Assembly: GCF_001194135.2 (NCBI RefSeq)
Contig: NC_068985.1
Coordinates: 86,950,156-87,014,155, forward strand
From: Octopus bimaculoides
Lineage: Eukaryota
Direction of reading: 5' to 3'
Length of the DNA: 64,000 bases
Shown one piece after another: positions 40,976 to 55,325 of the stretch (positions are counted from its first letter, which is position 1; every line of letters starts with the position of its first letter). The position numbers and the translations under genes are program-made. Under the pieces are notes generated by a model. It was not told the origin of the DNA. It saw only the letters and a list, made by a program, of their open reading frames with translations, and made no database searches.

Positions 40976-41382
40976 AAGATGATGATGATGAGGAGGAGGA
41001 AGAGGATGATGATGATGGTGAGGATGATGATAAAGTAAAGATTAAATTAGAAACAAGAAAAAATGCAAGTTTAAATAAATTAATAGAAGGCAAAATGGAG
41101 GAAAAAAACATTGGAAATTGAATAATGAAAAATTGAATACAAGTTTAAGTGGATTATGACAGTTTTATGCAAAGTAGATTACTGTCGTCATGGGAACGAT
41201 AAATGTCGATGGATTAGTTACAAGGAATTTGACAGCAAGTGGAAAAGGTTTATTCAAATGCTATGTGGAAGCAGTATATATCAAACTCCTTCACGTTCTT
41301 ATGACAGAAGAAATCGAAGCAAGGAAGGAGTAAAAGGGCAGGAGGAAAAGGGAGAGGATATGAGAGAGAAGGAAAGATGGTA

Positions 41383-41445
<63 letters not shown>

Positions 41446-42530
41446 TGTGTGTAGAGCATTTATAGTATTCATTAGTTATGAAATAACATTAATAGGGTTT
41501 GACAGGAGGATAAGGTATTCAAAGCTGGAGTAATTGGATAATTTCATATTCCTCGTTAAGTAAGGGAGGAAGAAAATATAGAAAAATGAAATAATGCAAT
41601 GTTTTTCTGTTATTTGCTGAATAATATCTTTGAAAAACCCACATCAAAAACTAAAAACTTTAAAAAAATATACAGTAAAATGGTAAAAAAAAACAATAAT
41701 TAGTATAGTGGCATTAACAGGTCTTGAGATAAGGACAGAGACAACTTTAAATAATATTGGAAAAGTAATTTTCGTTTATGTAGAGAGTTTTTGTTACAAA
41801 AACAAATTATTTTCCAATTACAAACGAACTTCTGCTAATGCATGCAAGGTAAGCGATATAACTGACAGATACAAATATATACATGCAAACACTCACAGGG
41901 ACATGTGCACACACACACACACATACACATGCATACATACATACATACATACATGTGTGTGTGTGTATATACAAACATAAATATATATCCATATACATAC
42001 ATATATATATACACACAAACATACATATATATCCATATATATATATATATATATATATATCTATATATATATATATANNNNNNNNNNNNNNNNNNNNNNN
42101 NNNNNNNNNNNNNNNNNNNNNNNNNNNNNNNNNNNNNNNNNNNNNNNNNNNNNNNNNNNNNNNNNNNNNNNNNNNNNNNNNNNNNNNNNNNNNNNNNNNN
42201 NNNNNNNNNNNNNNNNNNNNNNATATAAATATATATATATATATATGGACATATATCTGTCTGTTGCGTGTACACATGTATCAATGTATATAAATAAACC
42301 TATATAATTTTGCTTAAGAATATGATATGAAAGAAAAATAAATCTACTGACAAAAATAAATAAATCAAGTAATTTTTGCTTATTTGTGAAATAATATAAC
42401 TACCTGGAAGCCATCTTGAATATGTTTGATCTCCTTTTAGTCTTTGGAGTAAGAGGATATAAATGAAATTAACCTCATGCACAAGGTTCATTTTAGAAGC
42501 CTATGTAACTTAGAGTTTTATGGAGCTAGC

Positions 42531-42560
<30 letters not shown>

Positions 42561-42563
<3 letters not shown>

Positions 42564-42812
42564 TATCCTTTTATTTGTTTCAGTCATTTGACTAAAGCCA
42601 TGCTAGAGCACTGCCTTTAGCTGAGCAAATTGACACCAGGACTTATTCTTTGTAAGACTAGTAGTTTCCATCTATCAAATCCATTCACAGGGCTTTGGTT
42701 GGCCCAAGGTTCTAGAAAAAAACATTTGCCTAAAATTCCATGTAGTAGGACTGAACCCAGAACCATGTGGTCGAGAATCAAACTTCTTAGTATGCAGCCA
42801 TGCCTGTACCCA
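42561..42812 (-). mobile_element. SINE family A with central deletion
   Basis: The 3' part is joined directly to the 5' part and the microsatellite region is absent. A similar deleted copy lies at 46684-46900. Confidence 0.75.
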
Positions 42813-44261
42813 TGTGCTTCACTATGACAGAGCAAAGCTGTCTTAGGAAGTATTGAAATGAATTCCAAGTTAATGAGTCATCTTATAAGCATTGTCTATT
42901 TTTTAATATCAATATTGATATATCGTTGATGGGATCTATTTACTAAGATCTAATTTATCCATTGTTAATTTGCTAATAACCATGAAGACTGAGAACTCCA
43001 TATTGGAAGATTCATGATCATTAAGAAACATGACCTCTTGATGTCTCCAGGCTGTTCTAATGTCTGTAGATTTTGCCTTAACATGTCATTTCATAAGATC
43101 AATACAGCATTGTCTTACACATTACTCTTCTGTTCCAGGCATTTACTGATGCCTGATAGAGAATATCTTGTTATGTGTTCTTTTACACAGTAAAATATAT
43201 TGAGATGCAAGAATGACATTGAGAGCCATTTCGTCTCAAATTCTGTATAAAATCACTTCTGTAAATAAATTTCCTGCAGCTGATTGTGTATGTATATTTT
43301 GTAAGGTTGCGCTTGCGTTTGTATGTATGTCTGAGTGTATCTGCTTGTGACTGTAAGTCTGTGAGGTTAAGAAGTTTACTTAGAAACATAAGGTTCTGCT
43401 TTCACTTCCACAGTGTGGCACTTTGTGAATGTGTCTTTGGTATTACTGCTGACACTGCTTTGGGTAAGTGATGCATATAAAGAATGCCAGTTGTATAAAG
43501 AAGTGCCAAGTTCTTGAAGTGGAAGGAACATGTTCAAGAAGGTGATTGAGGAAGATATGAGTGAGGAAAATTGAATAAGATGTAAAATGAATTTACATTT
43601 AGGTCTCTGTGGGAAGGAGATGGAAAAAAAAAAACTGTTGTGAGGGACAATACATTTATTTAATGATTGTCACTTGAGTCTGAAAAACATGGTTCTGTAA
43701 TTTCATGTTGAACAACCAACACAGATGATCCGTTTACCGAGATCAGTTTTTGTGCTGCCCATTAATTCCTCAATTCCATCAAATGAATGTTACCTGTACA
43801 GGTGCATGATGTGTCACACCTCAGATGCTGAAGTGATTGTAGAGTAACATGAGATAAAGTATTTTACTCAAGAACACAAACACCACCTTCTCAGGTAATT
43901 GAACTCACAACCTCATGATTGTGAGAGCAACACCCTGTCCACTAGGCCATGTACCCACACCAGGGCAATACATAGCAATGGAAAATAGCTACCCTCTCTC
44001 TGTAAGTATGGTAAAATGGTTGTTAAAATATTTGCAGCGATGAGAGTCGTGATGTAGAATGAATTTACATTTAGATCTCTCGTTCATTATATTCCTGTTA
44101 AGTCTCCATCATTAACCATTTATCTTCCACTCATTCTCTTACAACATCCATCAATGCAAATATTTTAACAACCATGCTGGAGCGAGCAATATAGTGTTCT
44201 TTGCTTTTTTATTCTTTGTTCTTAAAGAAAGCATAATTATAATAAAGAAGGCATAATTATA

Positions 44262-44445
44262 ATAATATTCATAATAATCCCTTCTACTAAGGGCACAAGG
44301 CCTGAAATGTTAGTGCCTAAAAGTTATCAACATCGAAAGGATAAAATACAAAGTAGACTTTGGTAGAATTTGAATTCAGAATGTATGGACAGACAAAATG
44401 CCATTGAGAATTTTGACTGGCTTGTAATGGATTCTGTCTGCTCAT
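44262..44445 (-). mobile_element. SINE family C, internally deleted
   Basis: ATAATAATCCCTTCTAC..GGCACAAGGCCTGAAA and GAAAGGAT..AAAGTAGAC..GAATTTGAA motifs. Confidence 0.7.
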
Positions 44446-44461
44446 TGCATTTATAACAACT

Positions 44462-44700
44462 ACAACAATAGTAACTGGTGCAGTTGGAATTATCAGCACT
44501 CAAGTATCAACATGGCTGAAAAAGATTGGTGCAAGTGTGAAGGTAGAACACCTACAAAAATCAGCATTGCTTGGAACTGCAAGAATTCTTTGCTGGGTTC
44601 TTGAGGCATGACCAGTAAACAAGTGTAACCTTAGTCTGCTGGCTGTGGACAGCTGACACTTTCCTTCCATACCAAGCAAAATAACTTTAAACAATCAGAA
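44462..44700 (+). pseudogene. Dong/R4 LINE extreme C-terminus plus 3' UTR
   Basis: 44462-44611 translates TTIVTGAVGIISTQVSTWLKKIGASVKVEHLQKSALLGTARILCWVLEA*. Confidence 0.88.
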
Positions 44701-44914
44701 AAACTTCCATTAGTAAATCTACAACAGAAAACCATTTTATTTTCCAAAGGATAATTGTATTAAAAATTGATTTGTTCTTTCTTAAAGACATCTTCTTGCT
44801 TCAATGTACAACAACAAGAACAACAAGGAGGATTTGAATGAATTCAAATTTTGGCTCAAAATCAGCAATTTTGAGGGGAGGGGAAGTCAATTAAATCAAC
44901 CCAAGAGCTTTACA

Positions 44915-45636
44915 TTTAGTGAAAGAATTTTGGGAAGAAGTATGGATGGTAAAAGAACTACCCCAGAAAAGATCAGTTAAAAGAAACATCTGGACAACTC
45001 TGGACACTTATAACAATGGAAGAAGTAACCGTTTTCAGAAAAGCACCAGGATACAACAAGATTCTCAGTTTTTAGCTAAAACTTTTAACAGAGGCACATA
45101 AAGCATTGGCAGAGAAGTTCAGTGAGAGACTAATGGAGACGGAGACAACACCTTAATGGCTCACAGAGGGGAAAGCTATCCTAATCCCAAATCCATTAAA
45201 ATAACAAATGCATAAAGCTATAGACCCATAATACGTCTCCCTGCAACCTACAAATCTTTAACTGCAATAATATCACAGAGAATGGGCCAACATCTAGAAA
45301 AAAACAACCTGTTTCCAGAAGAGCAGAAGAGATGCTGCAAAGGCTCTGGTGGCTGTAAAGACCAATTATTGATCAATAAAGCCATAACTGAAGACTGTCA
45401 AAAGGAAAGAAGGATCTAAGCATGACTTGGATCAATTATCGGAAAGCTTTTGACAGTATTCCCTACAGCTAGTGTTTCCACGATGGAAACACCAGCCATG
45501 AACAAGGTAGCACCAATAATAATAAAATATGTAAAACATGTCATGAATAAATGGCAAACAATTCTGCAGTTCCAGACAAAAGAAGGAATCATAAAAGCTA
45601 AAGCCATCCACATTAGAAGAGGAATATTCCAAGGAG

Positions 45637-45732
<96 letters not shown>

Positions 45733-46440
45733 CTCCTTTTCTGTCTGGTACTGATACTTTTCACTGACATGCTACAGTAAAACAACCCACCATCTCTTGT
45801 ATGTGGATGATCTCAAACTGGATGCTGCAAATGACAAACAGCTGAAAACATCACTACAGAGAGTGCATGGATTTAGCAAAGAAATAAACATGAAATCTGA
45901 CTTAGAAAAATGTGCCAAAGCAATCTTGAAAAGAGGAAAACTAGTTAAGAATAATAATATGACACTAAATAAAGAAAATGCAATAAGAGAATTAGACCAA
46001 AGTGAAACATAGAAATCACTGAGCCAGATAAGGTACAACACACACAAGTGTTTGAGAAGATAAAGAATACTGCAGACAGGTTAAAACAGAGCTGAGTGCA
46101 AAAAAATAAGATAATGGGTATCAATACTCTAGCTGTCCCAGTTACAAGTAGCAGTTATAGCATTCAAAATTTGACACTAAATGGAATTGGCAAACAAGGA
46201 AAATAATGACAGTATTTAGAATACATTACCAAAAATCTGATATAGAAAAGTTATATAAATAGCAAGCTGAAGCTGGTAGAGGCCTTATGCATTTAGAAAA
46301 CTATATTAAAAAATATCTACCATAGGATTAGAGAAATATTTAACTCAGAACCAAGGAAAACTGGTACAAAATGCCACAAAACATGAGCAAAACACAAAGC
46401 TGTCTTTAAGGAAGCCAAGAATTACAAGAAAGAGGTACTG
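44915..46440 (+). pseudogene. Dong/R4 LINE reverse transcriptase fragment
   Basis: KAPG..., YRPI..LPATYK.LTAII, PEEQK.C.KGS.GCKDQLLINK, WI.YRKAFDSIP, IRRGIFQGDSLS[(CT)n]PLLFCL, LYVDDLKL; frameshifted. Confidence 0.92.
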
Positions 46441-47671
46441 GAAAACTATATACTCCAAGGCATTCTAACTGAAACCTTAACAACTCTGCCAGTTCACCAT
46501 CTTAAAGAGTTACAGTATCAAAAGAAGATCAGAATATTGGTAAAATATAATTTAGGAAACAATTAGGGTCTCAGACCAGGTCACTTGCTATGCAAGTACA
46601 TCTCTGTAATAATTTAGGAAGAAACATTTATTTGGAGGAGAATTTAAAAACCTATCAGAAGAATACTAAGAAACTATTTATCGTTTTGTTTTTGACTTCC
46701 TTCAGTCATTAGACTGTGGCCAAGCTGGGGCACCACATTGAAGAAGTTTTGGTTGAATGAATTAACCCCAATACCTATATTTTTAAAATCCTGTTACCTA
46801 TTCTATTGGTCTTTTTTACTGAACCACACAGTTACAGATACACAAACACACCAAAGCCATGTGGTTAGGAAACAAGCTTGTTACCACACATCCACACCTG
46901 TACTTATTAATAAGGTTTCATTGAAATATGTCTATCAACGAATATCCAGTGAAGTAAGTTGGAAAAATGCCGTGGATTCAGTGTTTGCAATGTTGTTCTT
47001 TTAATAAGGCACTGTTCCGGTAAAAGATTGATCCAAAATTTCAATCTCTATTTTATGTCAAGACATAGCATCATAAATTTCAGTTTTTATTTCCAATTTG
47101 ATTCATGTCAATGCAAACCATTACCGAATTCCTGCTAATTCTAGATACTATCTTTCTTTGGAACTGGAAAAAAAAAAAAAAAAGGCGGGTATAAAAAAAA
47201 AAGGAAAAAAAAAAACACCCAGCCTCTACATTCATAGCAGCAGAGCAGAACCAAAATAATAAAAGAGAATGGGCCAGTAGAAATTTTCTAGTTTATAGTG
47301 CTGAGATTAAATCTACTCAAATGAGAATTATAATAAGATGGTTTTGAAAAGACATTTCAAAAGCAAACCTTTTATTTTCTCTTTAACTAGAACTTTCATG
47401 CCGTGCAAGAAACATTTGATTCTTTATTTGAGTAATAATCTGCCATAAATACTGTTTTGGTGCCAATTCTATACAAGTGTACAGTGAGTAACAAGAGATG
47501 TCAGTGAATTCCTTTTCAATGTTGCCTTTACTGAAGATCATAGAACAGTAATGGGAAGAAAGTTACTTTACAAATTGGTAGGTCACTTAGAAGAAGGAAA
47601 ATATTAGAGACTAAAGAAAAATTATTCTAAGAATATTTGGCAATATAAGAAAATGTAGAAACAAGCAAACC

Positions 47672-47696
47672 ATGGCAGAAGCTGAATCTGAAAACG
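47672..47696 (+). CDS. Candidate first coding exon, MAEAESEN
   Basis: ACCATGG start context, in-frame stop upstream at 47612, and G|GTAAGT donor. In frame with 49501 and 53756. Confidence 0.33.
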
Positions 47697-47902
47697 GTAA
47701 GTAATGAATTATACATAGAGAAAATTATGATTTCTTACAATGCAAATAAGAACACACATAGAGACAATGTGTGTGTGTGTGCGTGCATGTGTGTATGTGT
47801 GTGTGTGCATGTGTATGTGTGTGTGTGTATATATATATATAGTGTGTATATGCATACATTCATACATACACACACACACACATATACTGGAAGTTCCAGT
47901 AA

Positions 47903-48137
<235 letters not shown>

Positions 48138-48378
48138 TAAAAACCTGCTGAAATTGAAATAAAACATGAATATTTTTGTTATTTCTTATATCTTTATTTT
48201 GTTTTAGATTTTTGTTATTTTGATTTTTGTTATTCCTTATATCTTCATTTCGTTGTTGATTTTTGTTATTTTGATTGTTGTTATGTAAACTAAAGAAAAT
48301 GTAAATATTATTCTGGTTTGCTTTCAATTTACTATCAGAATTGTTTCATGCCTGAACAATCAACCATTGAAACACACA

Positions 48379-48414
<36 letters not shown>

Positions 48415-49500
48415 CTAATATACTTGTGTGCACGCGTGTATGTGTGTGCGCGCATGTGCAAGCATGTGTGTACATGTATGTGGATCTGTGCATGCACACA
48501 TGAGTATATATAATATATATGTGTGTTTGATATGTGCATGCACATGTGTGTATACGTATGTGTGTCTATACCTATGTAGATATCATCATCAGCATCATCA
48601 TTATTTAACTTCTGTCTTGCATGCTAACATGAGTTAAGTTGTGCACACACACACGCATATATCTATATACATATATATATACACACACACACAAATATAG
48701 AAATATAGAGAAAGATAGAGAGTGAGAGAGAAAAGAAATAGATTGCTACATATAGAGGTGTACATAAACATCCATCCATGCATTGACATACACACATATA
48801 TACATGTATATAAACACTTAGACTTTGCATGCACACACACACACACATGTATCAACCTGTGTTCACTATTCACTGCCCACCCTTCCGCCTCCCTCTACAT
48901 TCCACATTCCTTTTGTATTCTCATGAACTCCCTACCCATTCACCTTATCCAATCTTCTCTACCATATCACTTAATATTAACCTCCTTGTTCCTTGAGGGT
49001 CCACCCTGGCACTTCTTCACCACCATCTTCTCTCTCTTTGTCTCTGATGATGATGATGATGATGATGATATATACACATATACAGATATGAATATATACA
49101 TACATATATACATACACTCACACACATACATACATATATATATAGCTTTCCTTTTGGAACTGAAACAGAGAATTGTTCATGATTTGAGTTTCAGGCCACT
49201 GTGATCTTCAGGCAGCACATGTACTACTTGCACTGCCATCACAATCATCCAACACAAACCAATGTGTGATTTATATACACACATATAGAATGAAAAGAAG
49301 AAGAAGAAGAAGATAAAGAAAATTATTTAACACACCTTTGATTGTAAGTTACAAATGTTCCTGTACTGTCTCCATTTGCAATAACAGTTTATGTGAAACT
49401 TCTAAATGACAAATCGTGTAATATTTGTGGTTTTAGACATTGGAGAGACATTTCATCAGATTTGCATCAAAGGTGTGCTAATACATTGTGCGTCCTTCAG

Positions 49501-49561
49501 ACATTGCAGCTAGGAAAATATCAGGAGGAAATAAAAAAAAGATTAAATGTGAGGATGTGAG
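49501..49561 (+). CDS. Candidate exon (61 nt, phase 1 to 2), xIAARKISGGNKKKIKCEDV
   Basis: CTAAT branch motif about 20 nt upstream, CCTTCAG acceptor and AG|GTGAGT donor; only this phase is open. Confidence 0.4.
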
Positions 49562-49669
49562 GTGAGTAAGTGGGGTATCGTTTCCCATTCAAACTGCTAC
49601 AGCCTTTGGAATGTCATCCTCACTGTATGAGGCCAAAAATTATTCTGATGGAAGAACAGCTTTCATCTT

Positions 49670-50213
49670 GAAACCAAAGATGGTTATTTTCCAATGGCAT
49701 GCAGGTATTGATGAATGGTTGAATGACTAAATCCAAGCGTCTCTGCTAGTTCTCCAACATAGTTCCCCAAGAGTTACAATAGGATTTTGTTCCACCACAG
49801 TTTGCAGGACATCCTCATTGAGCTCTACAGATCTTCCAGGATGAGGCTTGTCTTCTGGGCTGTAGTTTCTGGCTTGGAATTTCTGGAACCACCATTGATA
49901 TTGGCTTATGCTTATTGTCTGATCCCCATGTACTGCATTAATATTCTTTGCACTTTCCATTGCATTGTTGTCTTTATTGAACTCATAAAACAAAATATGC
50001 TGAATATGCTCCTTTGTCACTTTCATTATAGCTTTGATAAAAATAACTGTTAAAATCGAACTGCACTCTTCAAAACTTGCACTAAGAATAAGTAAATCTT
50101 AAATTCCTACCTGCTTTCATAACAAGTTGATGCAGGTAGTTTGTCCCTTTCCCCCCTCTGACTTTTACTTCATGCAATTGAAAAATCTACATTATTTATG
50201 GGATGACCCAATA
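49670..50213 (-). mobile_element. Mariner transposon 5' portion (left TIR plus HTH region of transposase), truncated
   Basis: TA-TTGGGTCATCCCATAAATAATG terminus at 50213. ORF 49727-50026 (KEHIQHILFYEFNK..A..I.AVHG..QWWFQKFQ....ED.P.PGR) is a mariner paired-like HTH; the DD34D domain is absent. Confidence 0.9.
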
Positions 50214-52644
50214 TATGTATATATATATATGTATGCATGTATATATGTGTATATATATATATATACATTTGTGTATGTGTATATATATATATATATATGC
50301 ATACATGTATGCATGTATGTGTATATGCATATATGTATGTTCTCTTCTGTTTTGATTATTGAAGTTCTTCCTCTAAGGAAGGAAGTGATTTCTAACAAAG
50401 CCACAAAGCTCCATCGCTGGAATGTAGACAACAAAAACAATGTCACATTCTTTTAAAACTTGATGAAAGTCTTGCATATTTTTATCGTTCCACTTACAAA
50501 ATTGTATTTGCAATGTGCACGTTAGTTGGCTGTTTTCTTTTCCTGAAAATCCTAACTTATCCAGATTGTTAGTTTGGTATTTACTAACAAAACCAATTGC
50601 ACCAATTATTACCTGTGTAAATGTGAATTTATAATCTGGATATAGAAGCTAGAGGTTTTGAAGCATTTGTCCATATTTGTGCTCTTTCTCATTTGATTTT
50701 CAAAGAGATACTTACATCAGCAGGACTGCTAATCTCTGTGATGATACATAATTTTTCTTGTCTGTCCCAGACAACAATATCTGGCCTGTTATGTTTACAC
50801 TTGACAGATGTTTTGATGGGAATGTTTCTCCAATATTCCCTGTGTTGATGTTTGTGTATATATTCAATATATTCAACAACAGGGGGATTCTCTGTATTTA
50901 TTCCAGGATAGTCTTTTTTCCAATTGGCACTTGTATGTATGTGTGTGTATGTATGTGTGTGTGTATGTATGTATGTATGTATGTATGATTGTCTGTGTGT
51001 ATGTATGTATGCACAAGCATGTGCCAGTGAGTTTAAGGCAGAGTTTTTTCTTTAATTTTGTCATGTTATTATTTGAAATTTACATCAAAAGTAAAAAATC
51101 ATGTTTGTATGGTAGAAGTTAAAAATGGAATTCATGACTTATAATGAGGAAGTCCAATTCCATGGCTGCCGTTGCAGGGAGACACAGACAGAGAAGTATT
51201 GAGCTTTATTGCTGATTTTATTTTTTTAATAAAATATTTTATCAAAGTCTTTGTTGTCAGTTTCAAGGTTCTATTAGGAAAGACTATTGGTCTTTGAAAA
51301 AATATAAATAACAATCTTGGTATTTGGTTTTCAAGTGAAAATATGCAAGAATCTTGTTTTTCCAGTGAAAAATATGAAAATCAATAGCATCATAATGTAT
51401 GGAATATTTTATATTTAAGAATTTCTTAGATTCTTTTAGAAGAAATATTCCAAGTCACAAAGCACAGCACCCACAGTATTCAGAAATGTTGCTTTACAGT
51501 GAAAATTGTCAAAGCATAGAATAAACTACGTCAGTTGGTTCTTAATTGTCAGGACAGCCATAGACTTTGAAAATTCCATGCTTCCCAGTTTTACCAATTC
51601 TACTCCCACTCTACCTGTACATCTTTCACTTTTTATGCTTCTTTTATTGTTCGCTTTCGTGTCTTTTTTTGTATTTTATTTTGTTTGCTGTGCATCCACT
51701 TTTGGCCATCATTGCTATATTTCTCTACATGATCTTTTACTGCTTTCTGTGTCTCCTCTTTGAGCCTTTTCTGGAAAGCTGTAGAACACCAGAGCACTGT
51801 ATACAATAAACTTATTACTGTTATTATGAAAAGGATTAGTTAGATCATGTCTGAAATAGATGTGCTTCACTGATGAAGTTTCATAAAAGGGAAATACATG
51901 AAATGATGCTATAGACAAATGAAACCCATAGCAGCAGGGAAAATGACAGATATTAATAGGATCATAATAAAAGGTTTCCTGCGTTGGCGTCAGGTCATTC
52001 TTTCTGTTTCAGATTTGGCTTCGGTTCCCAATTTATTCTCTTTGATATCGTTTTCTGTCTTTCCTTATCTTCCTAACCCCACTTTTGCATATTTTCTTAG
52101 CCAATCTCATTTCATTTCTCTTCATACAATCTTTGTTAAAAACATTTGCTTTCCTTTCTTAGTTCTCTTTTCACATAACTGTTTCTATTTGACTTTTTTT
52201 ATAATTTGGCCTTCTTTTCTGTTTATCAAACCACACAAAGACGGACGTACAAGAAAAGCCAACCCAGCAGTTGGTCACTGAAATTAAATGCGATCAACTC
52301 ACTGGAAAAGCTTTGAGTCCTACAAACTAATTTACCTCCAGCTGATGTTGAGAAAAAATATTGGTACTGCCCCAATTCTAAAACATTTCTTTTAGCTATG
52401 AATGAAGGTTAGCTCTGATCTATTGGGAACAGCCAAGCATCACCACCACCACCACCACCACCACCACCATCAATGTCAGCGAAATTGTCATTTTATGCTT
52501 CACTTTTTCTGGATTGCATGGGTTAGAAAGTGTTTATTGAGGAAGTCCTACTTGTTGCAACTCTCATCTGCTTCCAAGTGAGGAGATATTTCTCTAAGAC
52601 GATACATTCATTTGCAGAATATTGGAAGTGATTCACCGTTTCAT

Positions 52645-52950
52645 TTACAACAATCACAGGATGTCAAGACAGAGACGCAAGCACGCACACACACACACAT
52701 ACATACAAACACACACACAAAAACACACACATATAAACACACACATACACACAAACACACATGCACACACAAACATGCACACACACACATACACACACAC
52801 ACTCATATAGTGGTATTCTTTCACTTTCTGTCAACCAAATCTTTAACAAGGTTTGGTTGGCCCATAGCTGTTGTAGAAACACACTTACTCAAGGTGCCGC
52901 ACAGTGGGACTGAACCCCGAACCATATGGTTGAGAAGCAAACTTCTTAAT
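52645..52950 (-). mobile_element. SINE family A 5' half with (CA)n
   Basis: Reverse tRNA-like head GGTGCCGCACAGTGGGACTGAACCC. Similar halves at 30140-30347, 33545-33690 and 61580-61820. Confidence 0.8.
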
Positions 52951-53269
52951 TCCCCAACCAGATTAATATCACTTTCCTACAAATGTTTTGCTACTTCCTT
53001 AGAAAGCTCATCTTCACAACTCCTGATTCTTCATCAGGTTCCACCATTACATATTCGGTAACCAGCAAGGGAAACTGATAACCACTCACTCAGGAAACAG
53101 TTCTGGAACATTATCTTGATTTCTGCAAGAATATATCACACCCCTACTGCTACAAGTTCAATCACCATTCAAATTACAGCTAGCAATGTTGTTCTTCCAC
53201 ACAAAGGGATCTCCATTAAATTGGTTCATTCCTTCCATCTACCTGTCATTAACAAGGGCAGTTTTGTAA

Positions 53270-53392
53270 TTATCTTTCCTATAGATAAATCTACCATAAT
53301 TTGTTGTTCATTTCACTGTGAAGTGGATTTGTTATTTGTGCAATGGTCCTTGAAAGGTCCTTCACATATCCCAATATAAAATTTCGTAAATT
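53270..53392 (-). pseudogene. Penelope-like element GIY-YIG endonuclease fragment
   Basis: Minus strand reads KFYIGICEGPFKDHCTNNKS, matching the Penelope YIGxxEGxFKxRxxNHxxS motif. Confidence 0.6.
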
Positions 53393-53755
53393 GCTGATTT
53401 TGAAAGGTTGAATGGAGATTTGCTTCATAAATTATCCCTTCTGCATTCTATTTATGTTCAAGCATACATAAATCCCCAAATTTACAATAAAAGAGAAATT
53501 CAACAGTTTTATTTGCCTAAGGAAGGTAATTAAAAGAGAGTTACATGAAATTTAAAATGTTATTTAAAGCACATCGAAATAAATATATTAACAGGAACAA
53601 CAATTGCCCCTTTTGAGATAAGAAAAAGTGACAAATCCTAAGACAAAAGACATTCAAAGCAGAGAAAGAGGAAAATGCATTACGGAGTGTCATCAAGAAA
53701 ATTAGGACCAAAAGTGAAACAAAGGAAACTGATGCGCTCCTGTTTCCCCTTCTAG

Positions 53756-53768
53756 GAAGGTTCTACAG
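53756..53768 (+). CDS. Candidate 13-nt micro-exon (phase 2 to 0), (R)KVLQ
   Basis: CTGAT branch motif, CTCCTGTTTCCCCTTCTAG acceptor and CAG|GTAAGG donor. Confidence 0.42.
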
Positions 53769-54281
53769 GTAAGGAATAACTCAGACAATCCATGCCTGCA
53801 GGGAAATCAGAAATAACGAAGATCTTGATAATTCACTGGCATACATGCATACACTCTTTCTCTCTCCCTCTCTTTCTCTTTCCCCCATCTCTCTCTCACA
53901 CACACACATGCACCCACATTAACCTTAACAAGGAAAAGGTTGACAATGATTTCAAAATTATAATCTATTGACCTGCATCAGACATTTGAGGAAGCTAAAA
54001 CTTCGAAGTCACTGACAACCCCTGTCTTGCAAATAGGAATAGATATGCACTTTGCTAAAAGCATGGAGGAATCCTTCCCTTTAACGTGAATTTCTGATTA
54101 TATATAACTTGACTAAAAAACAAACACACACACATATACACACATGCATATATACAAATCATCACCATCATTTAACATCTGTGTTTTATACTGTGTGTGT
54201 GTGTGTGCATGTGTGTAAATATATATATGTTTGTGTGTGTGTGCATAAATATTGATGTGTGTGTGAGCATGTGTGTATAAA

Positions 54282-54948
54282 TATTCAGTCATTTGACTGC
54301 AGCCATGCTGGAGCACCACCTTAAAGGGATTTAGTTGAAGAAATTGACCTCAGGACTTATTCTTTGTAAGCTTAGCACATATTCTATTAGTGTCTTTTGC
54401 CGAACTGTTCAGTCACAGTGATGTAAACACACCAGCATTGGTTGTCAAGTCATGTTGGGGAGGGCAAACAGGCACAAAGACACACACATAAATATATATA
54501 TATACACACACACCCACACACATATATCCGGCACAGGCGTAGCTGTGTGGTAAGAAGCTTGCTTCTCAATCACATGGTTCTGGGTTCAGTCCTACTGCAT
54601 AGCATTTTGGGCAAGTGTCTTCTACTGTAGCCTTGGGCCAACCAAAGCCTTTCAAGTGAATTTGGTAAACAGAAATTGAAAGAAGCCTGTTGTACATACA
54701 TATTTATGTATATGTTTATGTGTATGTGTCTTTGTGTCTCTGTTTGTCCCCCCACCCCACCCCACCATCGCTTGACAACCAATGCTTGCATGTTGTCCCT
54801 GTGACCTAGCAGCTTGGCAACAATGATCAATAGAATAAACACTAGCCTTGCAAAGAATAAGTCCTGGGGGCGATTTCTTTGACTAAAAACCCTTTAAGGT
54901 GGTGCTCCAGCATGGCTGCAGTCTAATGATTGAAACAAGTAAAAGAAT
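54282..54948. mobile_element. Inverted pair of SINE family A copies
   Basis: A minus-strand 3' half (54282-54529) abuts a full plus-strand copy (54530-54948). Confidence 0.85.
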
Positions 54949-55003
54949 ATATGTAATATATATATGAATATATATAAATATATATCAAATTAATAATTAT
55001 GTG

Positions 55004-55053
<50 letters not shown>

Positions 55054-55325
55054 TATATATGTGTGCGTGTGTGTGTNNNNNNNNNNNNNNNNNNNNNNNN
55101 NNNNNNNNNNNNNNNNNNNNNNNNNNNNNNATATATATATATATATATATATATAATTATTAATTTAATATATAAATTGCCTATGAATTTCTATTTCACG
55201 CTGATTAACTGATAAAAATCATTAACATGATTTTATCCTTCTATTCTATTATAAATAAATAAATTAAATAATATAATAGTTTTACTCCTGATGAAAATCA
55301 CATTTTCTGCAATGCTGTTTTGTTA

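Noticed and set aside
51860-51935. CTGATGA followed by a GTTTCAT/ATGAAAT stem and a CTATAG palindrome
   Set aside because: GAAA is replaced by GATG, there is no UH triplet in register, and stem I does not pair. At most a heavily decayed hammerhead.
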